From: Lytechinus pictus
Taxonomy: Eukaryota
Reading direction: 5' to 3'
DNA length: 64,000 nt
Assembly (NCBI RefSeq): GCF_037042905.1
Contig: NC_087252.1
Location: 26,848,001-26,912,000, forward strand
Made by a program: the position numbers and the translations under genes. Of this stretch, positions 1 to 12,559 are shown piece by piece (position 1 is the first letter of the stretch; each line of letters begins with the position of its first letter). The notes under the pieces are model-generated. The model was not told the origin of the DNA. It made no database searches and worked only from the letters and a program-made list of their open reading frames with translations.

Positions 1-1767
1 TTCCTTTCAAATGGAAAATTGCAAAGATTATACCACTGCACAAGAAAGGCGATAAATGTGAACCGGATAATTACAGGCCCATATCGTTATTGCCTTGTGT
101 CTCGAAACTTTTAGAGAAGGTTGTTCAAAAACAATTACTCCGTTACTTGAATGACAATGATTTACTAGTAAACGAACAATCGGGATTCAGGTCGAAGCAT
201 TCCACAACTACTGCTCTAATCACGGTGACTGATGAATGCCTTAAAGCGCTGGATCACGGGAAATATACTGGATGTATCTTTGTAGATCTACATAAGGCAT
301 TTGATACTGTCGAACACCATGTCCTTATTAAAAAACTCTCTCATATTGGCGTTCAAGGAACAACATTGAAATGGTTCCAGGACTATCTCATAAATAAACG
401 TATTGTAACTTCAATTGGGCAAACATTATCTGATGTATTAACCCTTAATTATGGAGTGCCTCAGGGGTCAATAATAGGCCCGCTGTTGTTCGTGATTTTC
501 ATTAACGATTTACCATTGTTTTTTACAAAGTGTAAGTTGCATTTCTATGCCGATGATACGGTTCTGTATTATTCCCATAATGATGTTGATGAGATTCAAT
601 CAGTATTAAATGAAGAGTTAGGTAACCTCCAATCTTGGATGAATATAAATAGACTCATGATAAACTCCAGTAAAACAGTGTGTATGTCAATTGGAACAAA
701 GAGTATGCTTTCTAAACGTCATACTCTGAATATCAAGTTAAATTCAACTAGACTAAATCAAGTGACAAGTTTCAAATATCTTGGATTAAATTTGGACCCT
801 GAACTTAAATGGAATATTCATATAGAGCAACTGAACAAAAATATTTGGAAAATTGTTGGCTTTCTAAGGAGACTGAGATATTTTATTAATGAGTCAAATC
901 TAAAATTGATTTATTCTTCTGTGATTTCACCCCATTTCGATTATGCGGACACTGTTTGGCAAAGTACCAATAAAAATTATTTTGACCAACTCCAGAAGCT
1001 CCAGAATAGAGCGGGAAGAATTATTCTTCGAGTCAACCCCTATGAAGATAAATCAGTTCATGTCATTCACCATTATGTTGAAGTGGGAAACTCTAAAGTT
1101 TCGTCGTAGGAGACACATGTACGCATTATTGTTTAAAACGTTCCATAAGTTAACACCCGATTATATGATTGACAAATTTGTTTTTAACGAAAACCACTAT
1201 GGACTAAGATCAAATTCAAATCTAATGCTTCCCAAACCAAGAACAAATCAATGTAAAGTACATTCTTATATCGTGGATCTGTATTGTACAATAAATTACC
1301 ACTCAAGCTACGCCAGCTGGACACACTTAATATATTTAATAAACACGTTCAGAATTTTTTTGACTATTTTGATATTTGAAATCCGCAATCCCTTATTCAC
1401 TGCCATACGATAGTAATCGGTGTAAATACAGACTAAATTGGGCGTTTAGGTAATCAATAGTTATAGAGGGTGTGTTAAAGGGGAGGGGAGCATTTTCACA
1501 ATGGGATACTTTTTAACCGTAATTTAGTTTTAGTCTTTGCATTTTTCCTTGTAATGTACTGGATTAAGTATTGTGTATTTACAATGTATATTATTGTTTT
1601 TTTAGAATATGTATTTACATTGCAAAGGACCCCATGGAAGAACAGCGGTATTAATACCGCTGAAATGAGCAATCCTCCATATTTTAATTGACGATTTTGC
1701 TTTTTCTTTTTGTAATTTGATCATGTATATATTTTGTTTTATATGGAAATAAATACAAACAAACAAT
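1..1767 (+). mobile_element. CR1-group (L2/Crack/Daphne-like) LINE, 3' part: RT domain, C-terminus, 3' UTR and tail; runs off the window at the 5' side
   Basis: Frame 3 reads PFKWKIAKIIPLHKKG..NYRPISLL..QSGFR..DLHKAFDTV..GVPQGSIIGPLLF..YADD..YLG. A frameshift near 1075 moves the C-terminus into the 943-1413 frame. The 3' UTR has a perfect 20-bp palindrome cagcggtattaataccgctg (1643-1662), then AATAAA and a (CAAA)n tail at about 1748-1767. Confidence 0.92.
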
Positions 1768-2203
1768 TAATATTTACTTATTTCATACGATTTCTCTTTA
1801 AAAATTCCCAGCCATAACAAAGGAAATCAGTGATAACATAATCCTATTATTTTCATGCGAATCATTGCTACATTAAAACAACGTTATCATAATTGGCTAC
1901 GTGTATGGGAGGGGGGGGCAATAGTGCTCGAGAGAGGGTTTTGACCAAGGAAACAGGTTGGAAAGGATGTGGATATTTTCAAATCAATCTTCTCAGCCAA
2001 ATTCCAGACTCTTCATGGATAACGTCTAATTTATACATATAACTGTTTCCAAGATCTGCTCAAATCATGTTTCACAAACTTGTCAAAACTAAATGTCGCT
2101 CACTCAAGCGGAGAGATCTGCCGATAGCCATATCTTCAATCGTTTAAAGAGACCCCCCCCCCCCCCAAAAAAAAAAAATAATAATAATAATAATAAAATA
2201 AAA

Positions 2204-2375
2204 TGCCGTGGCCGACTGATATAAGGCGCCTGACTGTACATGGAAAGTCCAGGGTTGATCCCCGGCCACGGCACCTATGCCCATGAGCAAAGCATTCAAT
2301 CGACGATGATCTTTTATCCCGCATTCAAATCAATGAAAATGATATACCATTCTTGGTAACTAGGTGTGCACTTGT
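2204..2375 (+). mobile_element. Degenerate tRNA-derived SINE
   Basis: gccgtggccgactgat (A-box-like) .. ggttgatccccggccacggc (B-box-like, closing the acceptor stem), followed by SINE-core-like cccatgagcaaagcatt and an A-rich end. Confidence 0.55.
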
Positions 2376-2509
2376 TAAAAAAACTAAAACAAATACCAAT
2401 ATGTAAATCTGGGAAAGAGCTTCAGGATATGACAAATATATCGTAGAAATATTTCAAAGTCAACCCTTCGTTTTTGATACGCTCTTCAATAATTTTGGCA
2501 TTGTTTTAG

Positions 2510-2754
2510 ATGCTGAAGTCAAGGAACGAATCTTACTTACAAGGTCAGGAATACAAAACTGTATCATCGAGAAAGGTGTTCTTAGACTGCAGATGGATCA
2601 TTTCTCTTGGTTTAGCTTAGGATTCATCAACAGTTTGCTCTTCAGAGGGAAACAAATGTATTGTTTGCCATTTGCCGAAAAGCCACCACCAGAGGAAAGG
2701 GTGCCCGTCATTTTACGTGTACATCTCTATGATGACGTCAAAGGGAACGAAGAG
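2510..2754 (+). CDS. ZU5/UPA/death-domain gene, first exon in window (end of ZU5-like domain, HFSWF motif); upstream exons lie outside the window
   Basis: Acceptor ttgttttag (phase 1), open frame DAEVKERILLTRSGIQNCIIEKGVLRLQMDHFSWFSLG..VILRVHLYDDVKGNEE, donor GAG|gtatca (phase 0). Confidence 0.8.
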
Positions 2755-3235
2755 GTATCAATTCTTATGAAAACCGTCATTTCTAAACATTTGACGGTTG
2801 GAATCTTTGCAGAACAAACTTAAAAATGAATTATGACAACGGACAATAGTTTTCGTATCTATTTTTCTAAGATGTTACAACATAAGAACAGTTTAGGTGT
2901 AATTATGAAATTTTCATTCTATCTCAGACAGTCCGGTCGTATTTGAGTCTAAGTTTTGTCTAAAAGGTTAATCCGATTAAATATTTGGAGAAGCGCAGAT
3001 TTTAACCATCTCGACCAACATTTTCCATGACTTTATTTTTTTCAAATCTCGCGGACCTCTTGACACGAAATTTGAGAGACCAAGACCAAGAAGGCGATTT
3101 ATTATTATTATTATTACCATCATTATTTCAAACTGAATTGTTATCAACAGACAAACATACCCAATCCATAGAGCTAATTAATAGCTCCAATGCCCAATCT
3201 ATCCCGTTATTTGATTGTTTTGATTTTTATGGCAG

Positions 3236-3364
3236 ATGGTAATGAGAAAAGAAAATCGTGTAGGATTTGATGTTATTCATCCTGCAACAGAACTTCCAAT
3301 CAACGTGACAGAAGAGGACGTCACAATGACCTGTTTCATTAAAGATGATCGTGTTGGAGACGCG
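3236..3364 (+). CDS. ZU5/UPA/death-domain gene, exon 2 in window (UPA-like)
   Basis: Acceptor tttttatggcag, 129 nt = MVMRKENRVGFDVIHPATELPINVTEEDVTMTCFIKDDRVGDA, consensus donor gtaagt; phase 0/0 fits both neighbours. Confidence 0.85.
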
Positions 3365-3426
3365 GTAAGTTTGAAAATCAAAGGAAATGTTCACTTTATT
3401 TTTACATACATATATATATATATATG

Positions 3427-3704
3427 CAGGGGCGGAAATCTCTCCAAAAAGGTAGGGGGGACAAGAGGCTGGAAAATTTGATAAGCAAAAAAAAAAAAAA
3501 AAAAAAAAAAAAAGGTTATCACCCCAAATTTAAGGTGATTTCGACGAAAATTTGACAAACAAAAAGAAATTTTGATTTTGAATGAGTATTTCTTACCATC
3601 ATAAAAGACCACAAATAGTAGGGGGACATTTGGTATCGTGTCTCCCCTACTATTTTGAGTAGGGGGGACACGTCACCCCTGTCCCCCTGGGATTTCCGCC
3701 CATG
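3427..3704. mobile_element. hAT-like MITE, uninterrupted copy
   Basis: TIR caggggcggaaatc / gatttccgcccatg; 8-bp TSD tatatatg (3419-3426, 3705-3712). Same family as 8761-11155. Confidence 0.85.
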
Positions 3705-3796
3705 TATATATGTATATGTATGTATATATATATATATATATATACATCCAAATATATGCATGGTACATGTAAAGCCATTATGTCTTTTACATCTTC

Positions 3797-3955
3797 AGAT
3801 ACCTGAAGAAGGCCGAACTAAATGGACGAAAGCTTGTACTAGTAAAAGTTGAAGAAATCCAGGCTACGTCTCTAGCTTCAATACTTTTTGAGCTTCTTCG
3901 CCAATATATTACTCACTGAAGCACCCACGCAATGTTTAGGTCCTTGCTCATCACA
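3797..3955 (+). mobile_element. Penelope-like element terminal-repeat remnant containing a minimal hammerhead ribozyme motif
   Basis: tac-CTGAAGA-A-ggcc..ggac-GAAA-GC-TT-gta at 3800-3838, followed by agtaaa; matches the minimal hammerhead layout known from Penelope-like elements. Confidence 0.6.
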
Positions 3956-4010
3956 ATTATATATACATGCTGTATAAATATGTATATTTAAGGATGATAC
4001 AGTTGACATA

Positions 4011-5122
4011 ATTCAATTTTCAATTCAATTCTTTTATTTCATTTCCATTCAAAACATAATACAAAGTAATATCAAGCAATACAAATCAAGTACAATTTTA
4101 CAGAAGGGCATTCTTACTTCGTAAAACTGAAGAAAAAAACAGTATAATATAGAGCATAAATGGAAATGAGGGTGATCCACTAAAAAGCAAAGCTTTAAAG
4201 TGTGGATCCCCTTGGAAATGAAGAAATTATAGTTGACTTATTCTTATATGCGTACATGCATGTATTACATGAAAGAAAAAGAGAACAAAATAAATCATAT
4301 TGATGCAAACATAATTACTGAACAAATGCAAAGAGGTCTTCGTTGTAAAGGATATGTGGCGCAAGACAGAAGAAAAAAAAAGAGAGAGGGGATGACAAGA
4401 CATAGAAGACAAGACAAAGCAAGAGACAGGACAGTACAAGACAAGTTAACTATTTTTTAAAAAAGGAGGAAAACTAAGAATGGGAAATAGCTGACCATGA
4501 ACCAGCTCGATCTGGTGAAATAACAAAAAATGATACAACTGGACAATATCAAATGAAAAAATATAAAACAAAAAAAGTGAAAAATGTAAGGATTATAATC
4601 AAGATAATGAAGTGTTAGTTCCGTTGCGAAGAATTATAGGAATTAAGCAGGATAAGTTTGAGTTTACGTTTGAATGAATTTAAGGAGACACTGTCTTTAA
4701 CATTATTAGCTAGTGAGTTCCAGAATTTAGGACCGTTGAATAGGAATGTATTTTTGGCCAGTAAAGTTCTGGAAAGTGGAATGTGAAGTTCGTCAGAGTG
4801 TCTCGTGGGGTAGTTATGATAAAATTTATTTTTAGGGAACATAGCATCAAAAATATGGGGAAGTGCATTATTATTATAATTATACATGAAGTGCCCTAAC
4901 TGTAATAAATACAGGTCTTTGACTTTCAACAGGTTACTTTCTATAAAAAGTGGGTCCGTATGAGAATGGAAACATGCGTTATAAATAATACGAAGTGCTT
5001 TCTTTTGCAAAAGCAACAATTTATCTAATAAATATTGATGGGTATCACCAAAAATAAGAATCCCGTAGTTTAAATAAGGCAAGATTAAGGATGAGTAGAG
5101 CATGATTAATGATGTGGAGGGA
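4011..5122 (-). mobile_element. CR1-group LINE, 3' half (split by the Foldback-like insertion)
   Basis: Minus strand reads PSTSLIMLYSSLILPYLNYG..LLQKKALRII..HTDPLF..GPKFWNSL..FKRKLK (stop at 4615); 3' stem-loop near 4170-4215; AATAAA and (ATTGA)n tail near 4011-4040. Confidence 0.88.
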
Positions 5123-5512
5123 TGTGGAGCCGTGATATGTGCAAACGCCGGGATATGTGCAAACAACGGTATATGTGCAAAATTTCGCCGCGATTTGAGC
5201 AAACAACGGAATTTGTGCAAACGCCACGCCGGGAAATGTGCAAATCTGTCAAAATTTATCAAGGGCATCTGTGCAAACGTGACGACGGGATATGTGCAAA
5301 TGAACAATTTTCACGGGAAAAGTGCAAACCTCCGGGATATGTGCAAATCACTGTTTTTATCCACATTAAGGATATTTCTCATGAAATGTTTCATAACATT
5401 ACTGCTAAAATGAGAAACATGCCTGCATAAGGGAGCATCTACAGCTAGTGTCATCGGCAATGAAACGCTTTTCAGAGAGGCAGTGGGGGGGGGGGGAGCA
5501 ACAGGCTTAGTG

Positions 5513-5707
5513 GACATTTGCTCCGGCGACAATTGCTCCGATGGAAAACCTAAAATTTAAGCGAAACATAAAAGCTAACCTCCAAAACTAAATACACCCT
5601 AATCGTAATAATGACAATATTCTGAACCAAAAACTCAATCAGAATCCTAACACTAATCCTATGCCTTCTGAGATATTAATTGTCGCAGGAGTATATGTCG
5701 TGTCACC
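5513..5707. mobile_element. Small MITE with aaccct-like internal repeats
   Basis: Inverted ends gacatttgctccggcgacaatt / aattgtcgcaggagtatatgtc. Confidence 0.55.
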
Positions 5708-6763
5708 TTAAAGGGACATTTAGTACTGTTTCGAACACTGCATGGGGCAATTAATTAAAGGGGGTGGGAGAGGCAAGCATGATTTCCACTGATACACACA
5801 TTGAACTTGATCTGTTGATTTCATTTCCAGATTTCATCAGAAGTTGTCGAATTTCTTTGAAATTTAATTATAAACCAAAAATGTCTTGATTTCTATGGCA
5901 TTTGATATTATTTTTTATGAATCTATTCAAACAAGACATTGTTTCCTATCTCTTTTTACACACCCAAAGTGATGTACCGACTCCAGCTTGTGTAATATCA
6001 GCCACATGTGTAAAAAAAAAAACACTGTACCCACTAACGTATATAAAAATATTTCCCACACAATCATGTCATACTAGCGCACTTTACCAACAAGAGGCAT
6101 TAATTTTGAACTATATACCCACAAATGCGATGCACTTTACACTCTAAATGCAATATTCTTAGGTTGCAATTCATACACCTCCTCGATTTTAGAACGAATG
6201 TTCCATATGATAAGAATGCAGGGGCTGCGATCCCGCGGGGGGGGGGGCAGGGGGTTCACAGTGCCCCCACTTTTTGAAGCACTAAACAGTTTTTCCTTTT
6301 AACCCAAGAACTTTGCCCCTTTCATCTTAGAAGGACCCGTTTTATGTGTTAAAGTGTGCCCCTTTACCTTTTTATAAATATCAGTGCCCATTCTCGTATC
6401 AGATAAGTTTCCATTCCTTAAAACCGCACTTTTTATGCCCTATCATTGCCCGTTTTCATTATTTCGCGTTCTTATCCCTTCTAAAGGTGCATATTTAAGT
6501 AATAAAATCCTTTTAAAATATTCCTCTCGCCCCTTTAAATTAAGGGGGCAAGTGCCCCCCCCCCCCTCCCTCGGCTCAGATGCCCCTGCATAAAAGAAAG
6601 GACGCTAATTGCAAATACATATACCTTATATTAGCAAATTGGACATTTGAACAAACCAAAAGAGAAGGGGCATTTATCAGAATATTCATATGGGGCACTT
6701 GATTAAAGGTGAAAATGTACACACTACAGAAGAAGAATTTCACTCTGAAAAGGGGCAACTTAA

Positions 6764-7557
6764 CCCTATCTAGGCCGGGGTATTTTTGGAGTTCATATGG
6801 CCGGGGGGGGGGGGGCCTGGGAGCCCCCCCCCCCCCTCCCCTTGAGATCTCGGCCGTCGACCGCGCGATCGCACCGAAAATTGGCACGCATGTTGTCTGG
6901 GATATAATCTACAAAATTGTATAGTAATTTATTTCATGCAAATCATTATTGCGTAATTATGCTAATTTATGCGTAATTAGTATTCGAAATCATACTTTTT
7001 CCTCTAACTCCATAAATAAAGCTCCAAATGTTCTAATTTTTGGCATAGAAATCCTTTGTGATGTTCTTAGCAAGTTTACATGAATAAAATTGTGATATCA
7101 GATCAATTTCATATGTATTATATTGTTTTTTGCAATTTCTTATGTATTTCTTTGTTTTTTTTACCTTTTGTTTTTCATTGTTTTTTCAATGAAATTCGTT
7201 GGGGACTCTTCTAAGATCATAAACAACATAAAACACATATATTTAGGCCAGTAAAACTTAAAATAATCATACATTTATGATTTTTGGTTGAAAACACAAT
7301 TTACATTGACTTTGTACACGAAATCACGTTTTTGAGCAATTTTTGGTCTGACATGCACTTACATAACATTGCGTAACTTTGGAACCGCGTACCTGGGTGA
7401 AGCAAAATTGGTCTCAAAAATTGCGCAAGACTTGAAAGTAAAAAGTCAGCGAGCAGCGCGGTAAAAAAAAAATTGCGCGACGAAAATATCGCGCGACTCG
7501 TTGAGGGGGGAGAGGGGCCTCCGAGGCCCCCCCCCCCCCCCCCCGGCCTAGATAGGG
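6764..7557. mobile_element. piggyBac-like MITE
   Basis: TTAA|ccctatctaggccggg .. cccggcctagataggg|TTAA (TSD 6760-6763, 7558-7561). Confidence 0.9.
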
Positions 7558-8760
7558 TTAAGAAATGAACCTCGTTCCATGGACCCCAAAAGTTTTCAAG
7601 ACCAAGAAAAAGAAAAGAAGAAAAGAAAAGTGGTGAAATATAATAGTGTTCTCTATGTCAAAATCTATCACAAATGTTTCAAAACTAAGTGCCCTTTTTC
7701 GCTGTGCCCTCCCCTCCCCCTATCAATTTTGCTCTGCCGACCCATGCTGGTAGTCTCCTTTTCCAGACCCAATGCGACCTTACCCTACAAGATGAAGGTT
7801 ATTAGTATACTTTTTAATACTCAGTCTTGGCCATATATTCTTCCAAACAACAGGATTATACCTGGACTAGCTAAGCGTAGTCTTTACTCAAAACCCGGTG
7901 GTTAAAAAGATAAATAAACTTTAAAACTTAGACCTCACCATCTTCTAAACCATTGCCATGTAATCAAGCATATTGATATAGAGTTATTATTTTCCCAGAC
8001 CCAGTCATTTTAAAAATAAAATCAAGAATCTTTGAAACTTCAATCCCGTCATCTTCAATACTCAGTGTTCAAAAAAGGCGATAGACGGATTGTAAGCAAC
8101 TATCGTCCAATTTTACTCCTTAATTCCCTGTCTAAACTTCTTGAAAGATTAATCTATTCTCGTTTGATAAATTTCTTATCTGATAATCATATTTTATGCG
8201 ATTCCCAATTCGATTTTAGAAAAAAAAAATTCCAGTGTACACGCCTTACTTTCTTTTATTCACAAAGTGGCAAATGCTATTGATAATTATCTGCACACAG
8301 TTGGTGTATTCCTGGACCTTTCCAAGGCCTTTGACACGATTAATCATGATATTTTGCTTTATAAGTTATCACATTATGGTGTGCGTGGAAAGGCCTTGGA
8401 ATGGTTCACGAGTTACCTAACTAACAGAAAACAATTTGTTTCAATAGAAGACCATAAATCTCAAATGAAAACTATTTATTGCGGTGTACCGCAAGGATCA
8501 CTCCTAGGCCCACTGCTTTTCTTGTTGTATAGTAATGATTTTAATAATTCACCAAATGACCTATCATTTATTCTTTTCGCGGATGACTCGAACCTTTTTT
8601 GTCACACCGTAACCCTAATTTACTACTTACCATTTTGAATAGGGAATTGCGGTCTGTTCAGACATGGATTCAAGCAAATAAGTTGTCACTCAATGTAAAC
8701 AAAACAAATTTTATGTTTTTCAGTAACTCTTTGAATTCCTTGCCGGACCATGTAATTATA

Positions 8761-11155
8761 CAGGGGCGGAAATCTCTCCCAAAAGGTAGGGGGGACACAG
8801 GGGCGGATCCAGCCTTCGCCAATAGGAGGGGGGCGGAAATTTGTTTCAGCCATATTTTCCCCAATCGGCAGCTCGAAGATGATTTTTGTTTGTTTCTTTG
8901 AAGGAATAGTCCTCATTAGTCACTTCTTAGCTTTATTGTTATAAATTAATATATAATATCATAATCCTTATTTATATGATGCGAGCGCGAAGCGCGAGCT
9001 AATTTTTTGGAAATTTTGTGTATTTTTTCCTGAAATTTGAACATTCTGGGCAATGTTTGTTATCCTGAAAAAGATGTGTATGCAACTTGATAATTACTAC
9101 GAACGCAAAGCGTGAGCAGAAATGAACTGATGGAAGAGATACCTGTTAAAGTAGCATTTAACAATCAAATAATGCGAGCGCGAAGCGCAAGCTAATTCTT
9201 TTTTTACATTTCACCCATATAATGGGAATTCTAAGCACTTTTTGTAACTCAAGCAGAATAGGTATATAAGTAAACAATTGATGCGAGCGCGAAGCGCGAG
9301 CGGAAAATTTCGAGATTTAGTCCTATATTTACTGAACGAGACACTATTCATGTTTTGTAAATCATGAAAAGGATGAGTATTAATAATGCAAGCGCAAAGC
9401 GCGAGCAGAAAATTTTTATATACGTTTTGAACTGGTACCTGTTGAAAAGGTAACTGTTATTAGGACTGCTTGCACTTAGCCATGAAGGCGTGACATATTT
9501 CAACAATCAAAAGATGCGAGCGCGAAGCGCAAGCTGAACAATTTTGAACTTTCTAAAGAAAGAATGGAAAATTTTAATTATTTTTTTTAAATCGTGTACA
9601 GGATAGCTATATAATTTAATAATTGATGCGAGCGCGAAGAGCGAGCAGAAGAAAAAAAATCGAGATTTAGACCTAAAAATGGGCCACTCCGTTCATGTTT
9701 TGTAAATAATGAAAAGGATGAGTAATATGGGGTCTTCCTACATTATGCGAGCACAAAGCGCGAGCAGAAAAATTGTGATATTCTGATCTGAAACTGGATA
9801 ATGATTTAAATAGAGAACAAGTTGAGTATCTGAATAAACATGCGCGCGCGTGTTTCATATTTAGACCTAGAATCTAGGCATTCTAAATACATCTTTAATC
9901 ATGAAAATCATGAAACTTTGATATTCCGATCTGAAAAAAAGAGTCAATTTCAGCTTTATATTTCAAGCACTTTGTAGAAAAATTGTAAGGTGGATATGGA
10001 TCGCACTTAAAAAAGAGCTGATATTTTCATTATTATTACTCTGAGTTTTGACATAGGACCGGGACATCCTTACGACATGTCATCATATGAAAATGATGAC
10101 TATTCCTCTTGCTAAGCGAGATGAAACAAAAGGGACAATTTGATTATCAAATTAATATCATATTTATTAATGCCTAATGAGGGCGCGAAATCTGATGATA
10201 TTATGGCATAAAAACTGGACATTTCACTTTTGTAATTATGAATAGGATGCATCAGTTAAAGTATTTTTAACCATTAATGCGAGCGCAAATTGCGAGCTAA
10301 AATTTTTGATAAACTGTCACGAAAAGGGGTTTTAAGTAGTTTGTTGTATAATCAATATTGAAACATATATAACTCGCCAATCAAAATGCGAGCGTGCAGC
10401 GCGCTAGCTGATACGTCTTAACAATCAGACCTGAAAAGGGATATTTTGAAAACTTTATGAAATACACGAAAATAATAGGTACCTGATAAATGAAAATTTG
10501 CGAGCGCACAGCGCAAGCAGCAAATGTTAATATTCAGACCATAAAACTGACATTTTTACAGAGCACTTTTTAAAAATCAATTTGTAAATCACACAAAATA
10601 ATGAAAGTTCGATTTCCGAGGTGAAATATGTTTTGTATATTGACTTCCAAACTTGACATTCGAGCTCCATATTGAACAAGATATGTAAATCACCTAACAG
10701 GCAATGCGAGCGCGAAGCGCGAGCGAAAATTTTATATAGTGGCACGAAAGATTCTTTTTATTTTCCAAGTCTTCCCCTCATCTTATTTTATTTACTCGTC
10801 GTCCTTCTCTTCTTTTTCTCCTCTCCTTTCCCTCCTTTATTCCTTCTTTCTTTCCCTTTTTACTTTTTTTGCTCCGCCAAAAGGGGAGGGGGGGGGCCCT
10901 CGGCCCCCTGGTCCGCCTACGGGGACAAGGGGCGGGAAAATTCGACAAGCAAAAAAAAGGTTATCATCCCAAAAGTAAGGTCATCTCGTCCCAACTTGTC
11001 CCAAAATACATGTTTTATTTAGATTTAGAATGATGTATTTCTTACCATCATAAAAGACCAAAAATAGTAGGGGGGACATTTGATATTGTGTCCCCCCTAC
11101 TATTTTGAGTAGGGGGGACACGTCCCCCCTGTCCCCCCTGGGATTTCCGCCCATG
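8761..11155. mobile_element. hAT-like MITE (family of 3427-3704) carrying a nested 2.1-kb element
   Basis: Same TIRs as 3427-3704; 8-bp TSD taattata (8753-8760, 11156-11163). Confidence 0.9.
8798..10921. mobile_element. hAT-like non-autonomous element with an internal array of about 110-120-bp units each carrying gcgagcgcgaagcgcgagc
   Basis: Ends caggggcggatccag / ctggtccgcctacg; ggggaca duplicated on both sides; absent from the empty copy at 3427-3704; motif at about 8981, 9174, 9283, 9388, 9516, 9628, 9747, 10279, 10388, 10500, 10706. Confidence 0.82.
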
Positions 11156-12559
11156 TAATTATAAACAATGTTAATTTGCAACAAGTTAATTCCATCAAAT
11201 TTCTCGGCCTTTACATTGATCATGAATTATCATGGAAATGTCAAATTGATTATATATGTAAGTTATTTTCTCGTAACACTGGCATTTTGAATAAACTAAA
11301 ATATTTTTTTCCTCATCACATTTTAAAAACATTATATTCTACACTTGTTTTATCCCATATGAATTATGGAATATTGGCCTGGGGTAATTGCAATACAACC
11401 TTAATTGATAAATTATTCACGATACAAAAACGAGCAATTAGGGTGGTTAATGAAGTTGGATTTTATTCCCATACAAACCCAATAAAGTACTCAAAATTTC
11501 TGATATATATGCATTTCAAGTTGGTATATTTATGTTTCAGCTTTCAAGAGGTGAATTGCCTGATACATTTTTTTCTATGTTTCAAAGGAACAATCTAATC
11601 CACACATATCCCACCCGGCTAAGTGACTCATATCACCTTCCACGTACTCGCACTCTCCTTGCTCAAAGAACAATCGCATTTGAAGGGCCCAGGTTTTGGA
11701 ACGATCTTCCCGATGATATGGTACATAGTGCCTCACTTAATATATTCAAACGTAAATTGAAAGCGATGCTTATCAATTCTTATAATTTCCCTTTGTAAAC
11801 TTTTATATTCACGTACTTTTTTAATACGCTCTGGTCGAGTAATGAGTAATAAATAATATTCATAGAGTGGCGGACTCTTTTTTTATTTATTTGTTTTATT
11901 ATTATTTTTTGTATTCCTTACACAATCGTCACATTTTGGCATTGTTATAATCAATTTACTTACCCGTCCTCTCCTCATTAAGACCAATTTTTTTTTCTGG
12001 ATTCTGCAGACTTAACAAGCCATGCTTTATTATGCAGGTTCCATCATATTTCACTCTTTTAAATTGTCTTTAATTCCAAATCGCTATTTTCTTTAATTTG
12101 AATTAATTGTTATGCATTGTCTGATTTGTATTCTCATAAGTTTTCTGATATTGTTTTCACAATTTTGTTTGTACTTGTGAAATATGTAAAATAAAGTCAA
12201 ATCAAATCAAATCAAATACTAAGACCCTGTTAATGTAGCACATGGGTATACAGCGTAATTATACAGTGGGTGTACAGTGTAGTTTTTTGATAAATGGGTA
12301 TGGAGTAAAGGCTATGCTATAGGTACCCGTGCTTTGTTAAAGACTATCAGTTTGGAAGATGATGGGGTCTTAGTATTTAATTTTTTTTTAATCACCAGGT
12401 TTGGAGTAAAGACTACACTCTATCCATTTTTTCCCACAGAGATGAGACGGTGGGGTCGTCAAATTGAAGATCTCCTATTTTTTCAATAACAGCGTCTGGG
12501 GTAAAGACTGTGCTCTTATATCCATGCTTTCTTACAGGGTCTTATTTTTGAAAACTGTT

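Larger units (their letters stand above)
8065..12217 (+). mobile_element. 5'-truncated, frameshifted CR1-group LINE inside the Foldback-like element, split by a MITE at 8761-11155
   Basis: VFKKGD..NYRPILLL..DLSKAFDTINH..GVPQGSLLGPLLF..FADD..PDHVII, resuming after 11155 with NNVNLQQVNSIKFLG..YGILAWG..GPRFWNDLP (stop 11798); AAATAAA and (TCAAA)n tail at about 12189-12217. Confidence 0.88.

Noticed and set aside
5102..5430. Cys-rich ORFs (ICANAGICAN..), also at 12963-13349
   Set aside because: Translations of the modular TIRs of the Foldback-like element.
6219..6588. hAT-like MITE with caggggc..gcccctg ends
   Set aside because: Flanks do not form a TSD (taagaatg vs cataaaag), so the boundaries could not be supported.
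8975..10730. CRISPR-like appearance (palindromic repeat with spacers)
   Set aside because: Eukaryotic context, spacers are related to one another and about 100 bp long, no cas genes, and the array lies inside a TIR element.
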